A DNA stretch of 64,000 nucleotides from Malacoraja senta (lineage: Eukaryota), in assembly GCA_038087875.1 (NCBI GenBank), contig CM075999.1:3350001-3414000 (forward strand), written 5' to 3'. The translations under genes and the position numbers were made by a program. A model generated the notes under the pieces. It worked only from the letters and a program-made list of their open reading frames with translations, did not search any database and had not been told where the DNA came from. Within the stretch, counting starts at the first letter, position 1. Every line of letters begins with the position of its first letter. Below are positions 53,001 to 64,000 of this stretch, piece after piece.

Positions 53001-56000
53001 GTCATACGGTCAAAAAGAATAGAATTAGGCCATTAGCCCATCGAGTCTGAGCAGCCATTCAATCATGGCTGATCTATCTCTCCCTTCTAACCCCATTCAC
53101 CTGCCTTCCCCCCCATAACCTCTGACACCTGTATCATATCTGTCTTCACCCTTGGCAACACGTTCCAAGCACCCACCGCCCTCTGTGTTAAAAGAAAACT
53201 AACCGCAGACATCTCCTTTAAACTTTGCCCCTCTGATACTGAAGCCTTGCTCTCTGACATTTTCACTCTGGGGCAAAAAAGGTTCTGACTGTCTACTCTA
53301 TCTCCGCCTCTGGTAATGTTATAAACCTGCAACGGGTCTCACCTCAACTCCCGAGTGTTCCAGAGATAACAATCCAAGTTTGTTCAACCCCTCCTTATAG
53401 CTACTCCACTTCACGTCAGGCCCAAGTTAGAGCCAGACCTTACTGTAGTAGGAGAACACGAGTCATCAAGGACCAGTCTCACCCCGGTTACGCCCTCATC
53501 TCCCCTCTCCCATCGGGCAAGAGGTAAGAAGTGTGAAAGCGCACACCTCCAGATTCAGGGACAGTTTCTTCCCAGCTGTTATCAGGCAAGTGAACCATCC
53601 TATCCACTAGAGAGCAGTCCACATCAACTATTTACCACATTGGAAAACCTCGGACTATATTTAATAATTATCTACACAATTACAATCAAGGCGCAGTGTA
53701 CTGACACAGGAGAAAGGGAATAATGTTTAGTTCAAGATCAAGTCCAGTAAAGTCCAATAAAGATAGTCCGAGGGTCCGCAATGAGCAGATGATGACCCAG
53801 GACCACTCTCTGGTTGATGATAGGGTGGTTCAGTTGCCTCACAACAGTTGGGAAGAATTTGGGAATGGCCTTCATAGATTCACCAGTTATTGTAAAATGG
53901 ACCCAAGATTAAAAATATATATATTTACTGGGTTTGAAAGTTTCTGAAGATCAGGAATTTAGCCTTGAGATATCAAAGCTGGAAACTTTGCCATCAGTTA
54001 AAGATTTGCGCAGTGGAGTTTATTGAGGTCTATCCACGCAAGGATTATAGACTATTCGTGGAGGTTATTACATCTATAGACGCCTGGGCAGATCAGCCAT
54101 GATAAAACTGAACGGTAGGGCCAGCCTGGGGGGGCCGAGTGGTCTTTGCCGGTGTGGGCAAGTTGGGCCCACGCTGTATCACTCTACTCCTGCATTCCTG
54201 CTACTCTTCTGAATTATTTCCAATTATCTTTGCTGTAAAAGTTGATGAACACAGAGGGTGGTGGGTATATGGTATGAGCTGCCAGAAGTAGTAGTTGAAG
54301 CAGATACAGCGACATTTAAAAGACATTTGGACAGGTACATGGATAGGAAAGGTTGAGCGACCAAACTTGGGCAAAAGGGACGAGCTTAGATGGGCCATCT
54401 TGGCTGGAATGGACAAGTTGGGCTGAAGGGCCTGTTTCTGTGCGGTTTCTGTCCCACTAAAGATTGACCGACTGTCATGCCCCAACCAAGATGGAAAAAT
54501 TAATGCACATGTTGGAAAATAATCAAATCAATTAAATATTAAATTTTTGCAAATCATTTATTTCAACAGACTTGGAGATCCATAGCAAACTTTAGTTAGA
54601 TACAATTCTAATTAAATACATTCTCGCGGATATCTTTGCTGCAAAATTAACTGGCATGAACCAAGATAACAAAAGCAATCCCCTGCCTCTGATGGACAAC
54701 ATAAAGGGGAGGAAATTATCACATTATTAACCCAGCAAAGTGATTATGAACGCATATTATTAGAAAAATTACCCCAAAGCACTATGAAAATAATCTGGTA
54801 AATTAGGATCATTGTATTTTGACTCCTATCAATTGTGTTAAACCTAACTGGTAATCTTCTGTTAATTTTGACTAGTGCTAAACTTGCATAGTTTGTCAGT
54901 GAAACTCTCTCAGTGAAACAACTGATGACTAAATGATTGCATAAGCAGGGTGTGTAAACCCCAATAATTTGATGCCAATAAAGCAAAGGTTATGTTGCAG
55001 TAATCTCATACATTTAGAGTCATTTTTGGTTGACCGGAGAAAGCCCCTCCCAGGTATTTAGCTGTGTACGTCCCTCTAGGCGATTAATACATGCAATCTG
55101 TGCCTTGCTTTGGCACCTTTTGCCATATTAAAATAAAATATGATTAAAGTCAGGAGATTTCTGCAAAAGACATGATCCATTTAAAGTTTTGTTTTATAAA
55201 AGCACTTTGGTGATGTTGCTAATTACACACTAGAATCTTTTTAGACTGCTCAGAGATTTATTAAGTCTATATGGCAACATTTGAAAAATATATAAACCTG
55301 ATCAGCATTAGCAAATGTGAATATGGTCTTATTATAACTGCATATACATTTTATTTACTGTGAGCAACAGATTATAGAATCTTATTCTAACTACAGTATT
55401 TGATTAAAAAGCAGAATACCATTAATAAAAATATTGGCTGATAAATATGTTTCTCCAATAGCTGGATAATTATTTGCACTGCAAACCTAGAACAAGATTT
55501 TCATTTTAGTAATCCAGTGATTTGTAGCACACTTATATTCGTTCCTGCTGAAATGTGCACTCGAGGTATACATGCCGAGCTCTACAATGCCAATACAAGG
55601 CACCGTAGATGCTGAATTACAACAACAAAAAAAGACACAAAGTGCTGGAGTGACTCGGAGGGTCAGGCAGCATCCCTGGAGGACGTGGACAGGTAACCTT
55701 TGGGGTCGGGTCTGAAGACCCAAAACGTTGCAGAACCTCTGAAAAACATGGATAGCTGTAGAAAGGTCCAAACACCAAAACGTCGCCTGTCCATGTTCTC
55801 CACAGATGCTGCCTGACTCGCCGAGTTAGTTTAGAGATGGGATGGGAGATTGCAACCTTCACATGGTCCACCCACCCTGTTTCGACTGATGCAATCAACC
55901 CGATGTGCACAAACAAATAGATGAAATAGAACAAGTTGATCTACAACTTTAGGCTGTGCACGGCATACGCAAGAAAAAGTAGTTTAGAGATACAGCTCGG

Positions 56001-56551
56001 AAACAGACCTTTCGGCCCACCGAGTCTGCACTGACCTGCGATCCCCGAACCTTAACACTATCCTACACACACTAGGGACAATTTACATTTATACCAAGCC
56101 AATTAACATACAAACCTGTAAGCCTTTGGAGTGTGGGAGGAAACCGAATATTTGGAGAAAACCCACGCGGGTCACGGGGAGAACGTACAAACTCTGTGCA
56201 GACAGCACCCGCAGTTGGGATCGAACCCGGGTCTCGGGCGCTGTGAGTGCTGTAAGGCAGCAACTCTACCGCTGCGCCACCATGTCCCGTGTGTTACTCC
56301 AACACTTTGTGCCTTTTTCTGAACACTACAAGTTAATCTCACTGTTGTGTCAATGTGGCACTTCATATTACGTAACTGCTCACCATAATGCCAAGTGTTT
56401 GCTAGTCTGGTGTCTTCCCAACAGATTCTGAGCCTGTGCAAATAATACATGAGAGTACTAGACCCGTGTAAAGGCACCGTTGGGAGGTTTGGCTTTGCTT
56501 TTTCTTAAAGGACTTTGGCTGCTGGTGCTTTAAGCGTTGGAACAGCTCATC

Positions 56552-56706
56552 TTAGTCGGACCATTCTTCGTCATCAAACTCCGACTCCTCCGAGTCGCTG
56601 TACTCCACAGCGATGCGGCGTGACAAGATGGTGGCCACGTCGTTTCCAATGTGGTCCCTCTTTTCCTCTTCCTGTCTCTGCTCTTCGACTTTGCGAAGTT
56701 GGAAGC
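56552..56706 (-). CDS. WASF2: WASF2 last coding exon (WH2 end, C and acidic A regions)
   Basis: (G)[57 protein letters not shown] acceptor, phase 1 matches the previous exon. Confidence 0.96.
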
Positions 56707-57759
56707 CTGTCGGACAAGCATCGGCTTTGAAAAACAGTCGCATTACCGCGTTCCAATTGTCGGCCGAAAGCCGCCGAAAAATGCCCGGAGTTTGCGCCGT
56801 GTCCCGTGTATATCATCGCCGGTCGGCGGCAGGGAAGTGACGATCGGGGAACAGCGCAAACTCAACATGCAACCCAGCTGATCACTCAGCTCCTTCCCAC
56901 CCCCACCCCCAACCCAGCCCCTCCCCTCCCTAGGTACTTTCCCCAGCAACCGCAGGAGATGCAACACCTGTCCTTATACCTCTGCCCTCAACTCCATCCA
57001 CCATACAAGACAGTCCGTGTAGGTGAGACTGTGTTTCACTTGCCCCCCTCTAACCTCACCCAGAAGTGTGACAACGCACACCTCCAGATTCAGGGTCAGT
57101 TTCTTTCCAGCTGTTAACCCTAACCGAACCATCTATCCTACCACAACCAGAGAGCAGTGCTGAACTACTATCTACCTCATTGGAGCCCCAGGGACTATCC
57201 TTGATCGGACTTTGCTGGCTTTACCTTGCACTAAACATTATTCCCTTATCGTGGATCTGTACACTGTAATTGGCTCAATTGTAATCATGTTAGACACAAA
57301 AGGTTGGAGTAACTCAGCGGGACAGGGTGCATCTCTGGAGAAGGAATGGGTGACGTTTCGGGTTGTACTTTGAAGAGATTGTCATCATATTGCCTTTCCG
57401 CTGATTGTACAGCACGTAACAAAAGCTTTTCGCTGTACCTCGGTACATGTGACAATAAACTAAACTGAACTAAAATCAGTCTTCTTGATGTGGACTCCTG
57501 TACATCGGCAACACTAAGAATAAGGGGTCAGCCATTTAGAACAGAGATGAGGAAAAACTTTTTCACACAGAAGTTGTGAATCTGTGGAATTCTCTCCCTC
57601 GGGCCAATTCTCTGGATGCTTTCAAGAGAGAGCTCTTAAAGGTACCGGAGTCAAGGTATATGGGGAGAAGGCAGGAACGTGGTACTGATTGTGGATGATC
57701 AGCCATGATTACATTGAAGGGCCGATTGGCCTACTCCTGCACCTATTGTCTATTGTCAG

Positions 57760-57997
57760 GCGTAGACTTGGTGGCTGTTTCTCTGGACACTTACTCTCGC
57801 TCCACCAAGGACTACTGGATCTCCCGGTTGCTAACCACTTTAACTCTCCTTCCCATTCCTACTCTGACCTATCTGTCGTGGGCCTCCTCCATTGCCAGAG
57901 TGAGGCCATACGCCTACTGGAGGACCAGCGCCTCATATTTTGCTTTGGTAGATTACAAGCGAGCGACATGAACATTGAATTTGCTAATTTTAGGTAA
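57760..57997 (+). mobile_element. Penelope-like GIY-YIG remnant in a WASF2 intron (related remnants at ~56930-57040 +, ~45712-45995 -, ~18520-18800 -)
   Basis: PVANHFNSPSHSYSDLSVVGLLHCQSEAIRLLEDQRLIFCFGRLQASDMNIEFANFR; ~56935 encodes GTFP.NRRRCNTCPYTS (Zn-knuckle linker). Confidence 0.8.
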
Positions 57998-58662
57998 CTT
58001 CTACAAACACTCCCCTCCACCACTAAGATTCCATTAACCAGTTCCACAGGTCACAACGATGTAACCCACTTAGGATCACCATGCCAAGCCCATCAGCCCA
58101 TCGGGGAACCTCCCAAATACGCCTATCAGGGAAGCTCCCTGCCCAAGGTCATCTGTTGCCGGCCCCGATTTGTCCTGAACTTTTCTTGCTTCTGGGGCCC
58201 CCCTCCCGTCCCCACCCCCACCACCCTCCCCTCCCCCACCACCCTCCCCACCCCCACTCTCCTCCCCACTCCACCTCCCCTCCCCACCCCCACCCGCTAC
58301 AATCAATCTGAAGAAGGGTCCCAACCCAAAACTCTGGCAATCTCTGGCCTTTGTTCCAACCATCTGCCTAACCCACCCCTCGCCCACCCCCACCTGTTGC
58401 ACCTTGTCCTGTGCCTCCCCCTTTCGAGTTTCTTCTCCCCAATAGCCCACAATAGTCTGAAGAAGGCTCTCGACCAGAAACGTTACCTATCCATGTTCTC
58501 CACAAATGACCCGCTGTGTTACTCCAGCATTCTGTGAAACGTCACCTATCCATGTTCTCCACAGATGCTGCCTGACCCACCCGCTGAGTTACTCCAGCAC
58601 TGTGTGTATCATGGGTGTAAGCCAGCATCTACGTGCCACCCCACGGCCCCACCAGCTCTCAC

Positions 58663-59165
58663 CTTGTCGGATGGCGGAGAGCAAGTTGGTTCTTGGGTCG
58701 CTCACCGGCTCCTGGGCAGCCTTGGGCTTCTTCTCCACGGACTGAGGTGGAGGGGGTGGGGCGTTGCCAAAAGAGGGCGGTGGTGGTGGTCCGGGGGGAG
58801 GGGGAGGGGGAGGAGGAGGAGGAGGGGGGGCTCCGCCGCCGGCGGGCGGGGGGGCCATTTGGGGTGGGGCGGCGGGGAAGTGGTCGGTGGGGGGAGGAGG
58901 AGGGGGCGGCATGGAAGGGACATCGTTGCCGGGGAAGTGTTGGTTGAACGGTATCGGGGCCATGGAGGGAGGTGGGGGTGGGGGGGAAATGGGGGGTCCC
59001 ACGATGCCCATGAAGGGGGGAGGTGGGGGCAGGGTCGGGGCAGGTGGGGGTGGGGAGAGTCCACCTCCCATTGGTGGTCCAGGGGGTGGTGCTGGAGGGG
59101 GGATAGTCGGGCTGACAACGCTGCTCCTCTTGAAGACGGAAGAATCCTGTTTATCCGCTGCGTAT
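58663..59165 (-). CDS. WASF2: WASF2 proline-rich exon with start of WH2 (V) domain
   Basis: 503 nt, CCATCAG acceptor, GTGAG donor. [27 protein letters not shown]...polyPro...[14 protein letters not shown](G); frame continuous with ORF 58589..59071. Confidence 0.93.
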
Positions 59166-60225
59166 CTGATGGAGAAAAGTAAAATAATTCACAACATGAA
59201 CAAAGGGGAGTCAAGAGTTAGGGTGGCAGCACTGTAGTAGAGTTGCTGCATCACAGAGCCAGAAACAATAGACAATAGGTGCAGGAGTAGGCCTTTTGGC
59301 CCTTCGAGCCAGCACCGCCATTCAATGTGATCATGGCTGATCATCCCCAATCAGTACCCCGTTCCTACCTTGTCCCCATATCCCCTGACTGCTATTTTTA
59401 AGAGCCCTATCTAGCTCTCTCTTGAAAGCATCCAGAGAACCGGCCTCCACCGCCCTCTGAGGCAGAGAATTCCACAGACTCACCACTCTCTGGGTGAAAA
59501 ATTGTTTCCTCATCTCCGTTCTAAATGGCTTACTCCTTATTCTTAAACTGTGGCCCCTGGTTCTGGACTCCCCCAACATCGGGAACATGTTTCCTGCCTC
59601 TAGTGTGTCCAAGCCCATAACAATCTTAACCCGGGGTCCATCCTGACTACGGGTGCTATCTGTACGGAGTTTGTACGTCCTTCCCGTGACCGCGTGGGTT
59701 TTCTCCAGGTTTCCTCCCACACTCCAAATACGTACAGGTTTGTTAGTTAATTGGCTTCTGTAAAGATTGTAAATTGTCCTAATGTGTGTGATCGCAGGTC
59801 AGCGCGGACTCGATGGGCCGAAGGGTCTGTTCCTGCACTAAAGTTACAATTATCAATGGAACAAAAACCGTGGGCGGCGCAGCGGTCGAGTTGCTGCCTC
59901 GCGGCGACAGAGACCCGGGTTCCATCCTCACTACTGGTGCTGTCTGTAGGGAGTTTGTACAATCTCTCCGTGGGTTTTCTCCGGGTGCTCCGGTTTCCTC
60001 CCACACCCCAAAGACGTGCAGGTTTGTCGGCTGATTGGCTTCAGTAAACTGTCCCTAGTGCGTAAGATAGAACTAGCGCGACCAGGTGAAAAATGGCCAG
60101 CCCCTACTGGCTGGGCCGATGGGCCTGTTTCCATGCTGTATCCCCACACTAAACTAAGATGGTAGATCGTGCATCATCTATCTGGTAACACTCGACCTAC
60201 ACGTCCACTTGTTTATTGACCTTAC

Positions 60226-60372
60226 CCAAAGTCAGGTGGTGGGGGTGGCAGGTCAGCCCCAGGAGATGCTGGTGGAGTAGTGACCGAGTCACGATAGGCT
60301 GCATGAGTCCTGTAGGCAAGCTCGTCATTGCCATTGGGGCTTATACTCCCATTGGGACTGATATCATTCATG
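60226..60372 (-). CDS. WASF2: WASF2 exon (linker into proline-rich region); missed by the ORF track
   Basis: 147 nt, TTGCAG...GTAAG, phase 2/2. Reads MNDISPNGSISPNGNDELAYRTHAAYRDSVTTPPASPGADLPPPPPDF(G), matching the NGSI...LPPPP.F pattern of WAVE2. Confidence 0.85.
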
Positions 60373-60781
60373 CTGCAAGTAGTTCAAACAGAAACGTTTT
60401 AGATTTACATACTTATAAACATAGGAACATTACAGTCACAATTTATTTTGGCTTAGCATCCATGAATGCAAATGATTAATTTGCATTATACCATACAGCC
60501 GCTCAAAATTAATCATTGCAATTGAAGGAAAGCGTCTATGATCTTGATGCACCTTAAAAAAGAAAATATTTCATTGTATTACATCCTTAAAAACATTATT
60601 GTTATTATATAATTCATTGTAAGTTTCTTCGAACTGTAATGCATTGTTGACTAAGATGGCATCAGAAGTTTGGTTTAATGTCCCTTAGAGAGTGGGGGGA
60701 GGGGGGGGAGGTATTGGTAAAGAAAGACAATTTTTCTGCAATCAATATTGGAAATACAGCGAGACGACAAAGCTATCGGCT

Positions 60782-60981
60782 GGCTAGTCCCCAACGGCTA
60801 GTCCCCAACGGCTGGCTAGTCCCCAACGGCTAGTACTCAACGGCTAGGACTCAACGGCTAGGACTCAACGGCTAGTCCCCAACGGCTAGTCCCCAACGGC
60901 TAGTACTCAACGGCTAGGACTCAACGGCTAGGACTCAACGGCTAGTCCCCAACGGCTAGTACTCAACGGCTAGTACTCAAC
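60782..60981 (+). repeat. 14-bp minisatellite, 14 units, in a WASF2 intron
   Basis: Variants GGCTAGTCCCCAAC, GGCTAGTACTCAAC and GGCTAGGACTCAAC. Confidence 0.95.
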
Positions 60982-62235
60982 TGTGAAACATGAAGAAAGT
61001 TGAACTAAAAATGTGCACAAAATATATTGGGGCTACATCATGGGGGGTTCACATTGCACATGCTTAGTGTAGCTGTTTTAATTTAGACATATTTAAAAGA
61101 GGAGTTAACATTGAATAAATAACCAGAAATTGGGGAGAAGGAAAACAGGAAATGGAGAGGGCGAGGGGGAAAAACACGACCACAACCAAATGGAAGCTGT
61201 GAGAAAATTGTCTATCATTTAGATAGGTCTCAAAACAAAACCAAATCCTTCATTTAGTGCTCCTGTGATCTGCTCAGTATTCTTGGCTAAGGTGACATCA
61301 CAGCCCCCTGAGATAGGGGACAATTGGTCACTGATGTTGCTGCTTCATGGGGTCAGACTGTAAGCTGGCACTGTTGAGTTACACAATCCTCTACAAAACT
61401 CTCTAAACTGGGGCAAGATGGCTTTCCCTTTACGCGTTGTGCATCCTATTTATTCCAGTCTCCTCTCACGCTGTCCGATTACATCTTTTTCTGTCACACT
61501 GTGCTCTGCCGCCTCTCCAGGTCGGTACAACCCCAGAGGTAACAGGGGTCGGGGGTTACGATTACAACCATTTTAATAAAATGGCGCAGTGGTTTTGATA
61601 GGCCCCTGCTCCGAGTATGTACGTTTGCAGAAATTAGATGCATCAACTGCATCACCAGCACCTACTGCCCGACCCATAAAATCATCTTGCAACTATAATT
61701 CAATGGATACCTCGATTATCTGTCTGCTCGTGCAGCTTAAGTTTTAGAAGGAAAGAGAACAGTTACTTTTTTTTGGTTTTACAAAGTTATGCTTACATAC
61801 GGGGTGGCGCAGCGGTAGAGTTGCTGCCTCACAGCGCCAGAGACCCTGGTTCAATCCTGACTACGGGTGCTGTCTGTATGGAGTTTGTACCTTCTCCCCG
61901 TGACCTGCGTGGGTTTTCTCCAGGTGCTTCGGTTTCCTCCCACTCTCCAAATGCGTGCAGGTTGGCAGGTTAATTGGGTTGGTATAAATGCAAATTGACA
62001 CTAGTGTGTGTAGGATAGTGTTAGTGTGTGGGGATCGCTGGTCGGCGCGGACTCGGTGGGCGAAGGGCCTGTTTCCACGCTGTAAACTAAACTACAGTAG
62101 AATTTACTTCAGTTTGGGTGGTTTCACCTCTGCTTATCGTATCATCCATGGGAACTACCTGCAGCAATTCCAAACGTTTATCATTGCAGAAAATGTCAAA
62201 GAGCGATTTAAGCTTTCAAAAACTGCAACACTTAC

Positions 62236-62366
62236 CCAGAATCATCGGCAGTCAATTTTGCTTCCACAAACTCCTTGCCCATTTTCAACCTCTCCCATTC
62301 CTCTTTCCTCGTTCTAATTTTTCGTGGATTCAAGTTGCCTCTATTTGATACATCCCTTTTTTCTTT
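62236..62366 (-). CDS. WASF2: WASF2 exon (basic region)
   Basis: [43 protein letters not shown](G); 131 nt, TTCCAG acceptor, GTAAG donor; phase 0 matches the previous exon. Confidence 0.93.
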
Positions 62367-63760
62367 CTGGAAGTCAAAACAGCATCGAACAGAGTTTAGA
62401 TACATAGATACATAGAAAATAGGTGCAGGAGTAGACCATTCGGCCCTTCGAGCCTGCACCGCCATTCAATATGATCATGGCTGATCATCCAATTCAGTAT
62501 CCCGTACCTGCCTTCTCTCCATACCCCCTGATCCCTTTAGCCACAAGGGCCACATCTAACTCCCTCTTAAATATAGCGGGAGTAATGGTTTAAATAAACA
62601 ACAACAAAAACCAGCGGCGTGGTACAATGCACCACATATCTGCTAGTGTTGTCACATGTGTTACTCCAGCTGAGTTACTCCAGCATTTTGTGTCCATCTT
62701 TGGTCAAGTAGTAGTTCTGTCTGAAGAAGGGTCCCAAACCCGAAATGCCATCTCTGTGTTCTCCAGAGTTGCTGCCTGACCCGCTGAGTTACTCCAGCAC
62801 TTTGTGTCTTTCTTTGCTAAACAAGCATCTGCAGTTCAACAAGCAATTGTAAACATTGTGTACGCAAGTAAAGAATCTCACTGTGCCTAGTCACACGTGG
62901 CAATAAAGTATTCCTGTTCCTAATCTTATTGTATGTCTGGTCAAGGTTGAAATCAGCTCCTCTACAAATACACTGGGTGTCACTGTACACTAATAAAAAA
63001 CCACCATTGGACAATCACGGTTTAGCAAATCATACACTTAAGATGGAAAGTATGTGGAGATTGAGTTTTAAAAAACAAAATAAAGATGAACTATTCTTTG
63101 TGGAATGTCACTCACAATTGGTAAAGTGTACACTGCAAATTTTAATAGTGCACAATTAATCAGATTCAGGACCCTTCCTCAGACTCAGTCTCTGAAATGT
63201 GTAGGAAGGAACTGCAGATGCTGGTTGGCACCGAAGATTGACACAGAGTGCTGGAGTAACTCAGTGGGTCAGGCAGCATCTCTAGAGAAAAAGGTTGGGT
63301 GATGTTTTGGGTTGGAACCCCTCCGAGACCAAGGAAGGGCCCCAACCCAAAACGTCGTCTGACCATCTCCCTCCACAGATGCTGCCCGACCCACTGTATT
63401 CCTCCAGCAGTGCGTTTGTTACTCAAGGTTCCAGCATCTGCAGATGCGTTGCCAGCATTCTAACTTATTTTTTGTCTAGCAATGTTAATGGTATCACGGC
63501 AGTTCACAGCTCGCTAGATTCTGGATATTCTTTGCCTTCCATCACAGTGAGGAGGTGTTGGAGATTCACTGTGATGGATGTTTGTGTAAATTGTGTTAAG
63601 TGTGTGTCTTGGTTTTTTTTTGTAATGTCATGAGTGCAGGAATGAAATTTCGTTCAAACCTTGTCTGTTTGAATGACAATAAAAGGCATTCTATTCTATT
63701 CTATATTCAGTACGTTCTATTTCACGCATTGACTGTTGAGACTGAAACATGAAACAGTAC

Positions 63761-63878
63761 CCTGTGCTTCCTCTTTTCTTTCATTATGTCCTTCGTGTCT
63801 TGCAACATTTTTTCTTTCCAGAGGTCAAAGAAGTAGGACGGATCGGTGTAAAACTTAAGGCTGTCTTTCCCATCCTCC
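63761..63878 (-). CDS. WASF2: WASF2/WAVE2 exon (end of WHD/SHD domain plus start of basic region)
   Basis: (R)[39 protein letters not shown], the WAVE2-type sequence; 118 nt, flanked by TTGCAG and GTACTG. Confidence 0.95.
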
Positions 63879-64000
63879 CTGCAACAAAAGAAGGTTACCA
63901 TGACCAAAACGTGAAAGGCTGCATGGATGTTAATGGACCAGGCCGCCAATACTGAGGATGACTCTGCAAAGAAGGCAACATTAAAGCAGCTTTTACCCTC

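Noticed and set aside
58565..59237. Gly-rich plus-strand ORFs and G-quadruplex-like runs
   Set aside because: Antisense shadow of the WASF2 polyproline codons.
61440..61560. Pyrimidine tract plus CAG|G ... AG|GTAACA resembling a plus-strand micro-exon
   Set aside because: Antisense to WASF2, with no partner exons or coding support.

Overview
Eukaryotic, highly repetitive window from a cartilaginous fish, most likely a skate or ray (inferred from the HE1/V-SINE, CR1, Rex1/Babar and Penelope repeat mix). Only two host genes are supportable. One is a single-coding-exon GPR3-type GPCR on + (46237-47219), interrupted by two +1 frameshifts. The other is the last five coding exons of WASF2/WAVE2 on - (63878->56552); its 5' part lies beyond the window. 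The two genes are convergent, as in other jawed vertebrates. The first ~44 kb show no recognisable host exon: they are nested TE fragments, long microsatellites and one 200-N gap. Most listed ORFs are repeat artefacts. Worth follow-up: minimal hammerhead-ribozyme-like cores in Penelope-derived termini, three 66-bp tandem arrays built round one near-identical palindromic cassette, an intact teleost-type SINE, a microsatellite-carrying Helitron, a local inverted duplication, and candidate GPR3 regulatory elements (promoter, RE1 site, AUGA-overlapping uORF). No clearly new protein-based system is visible.
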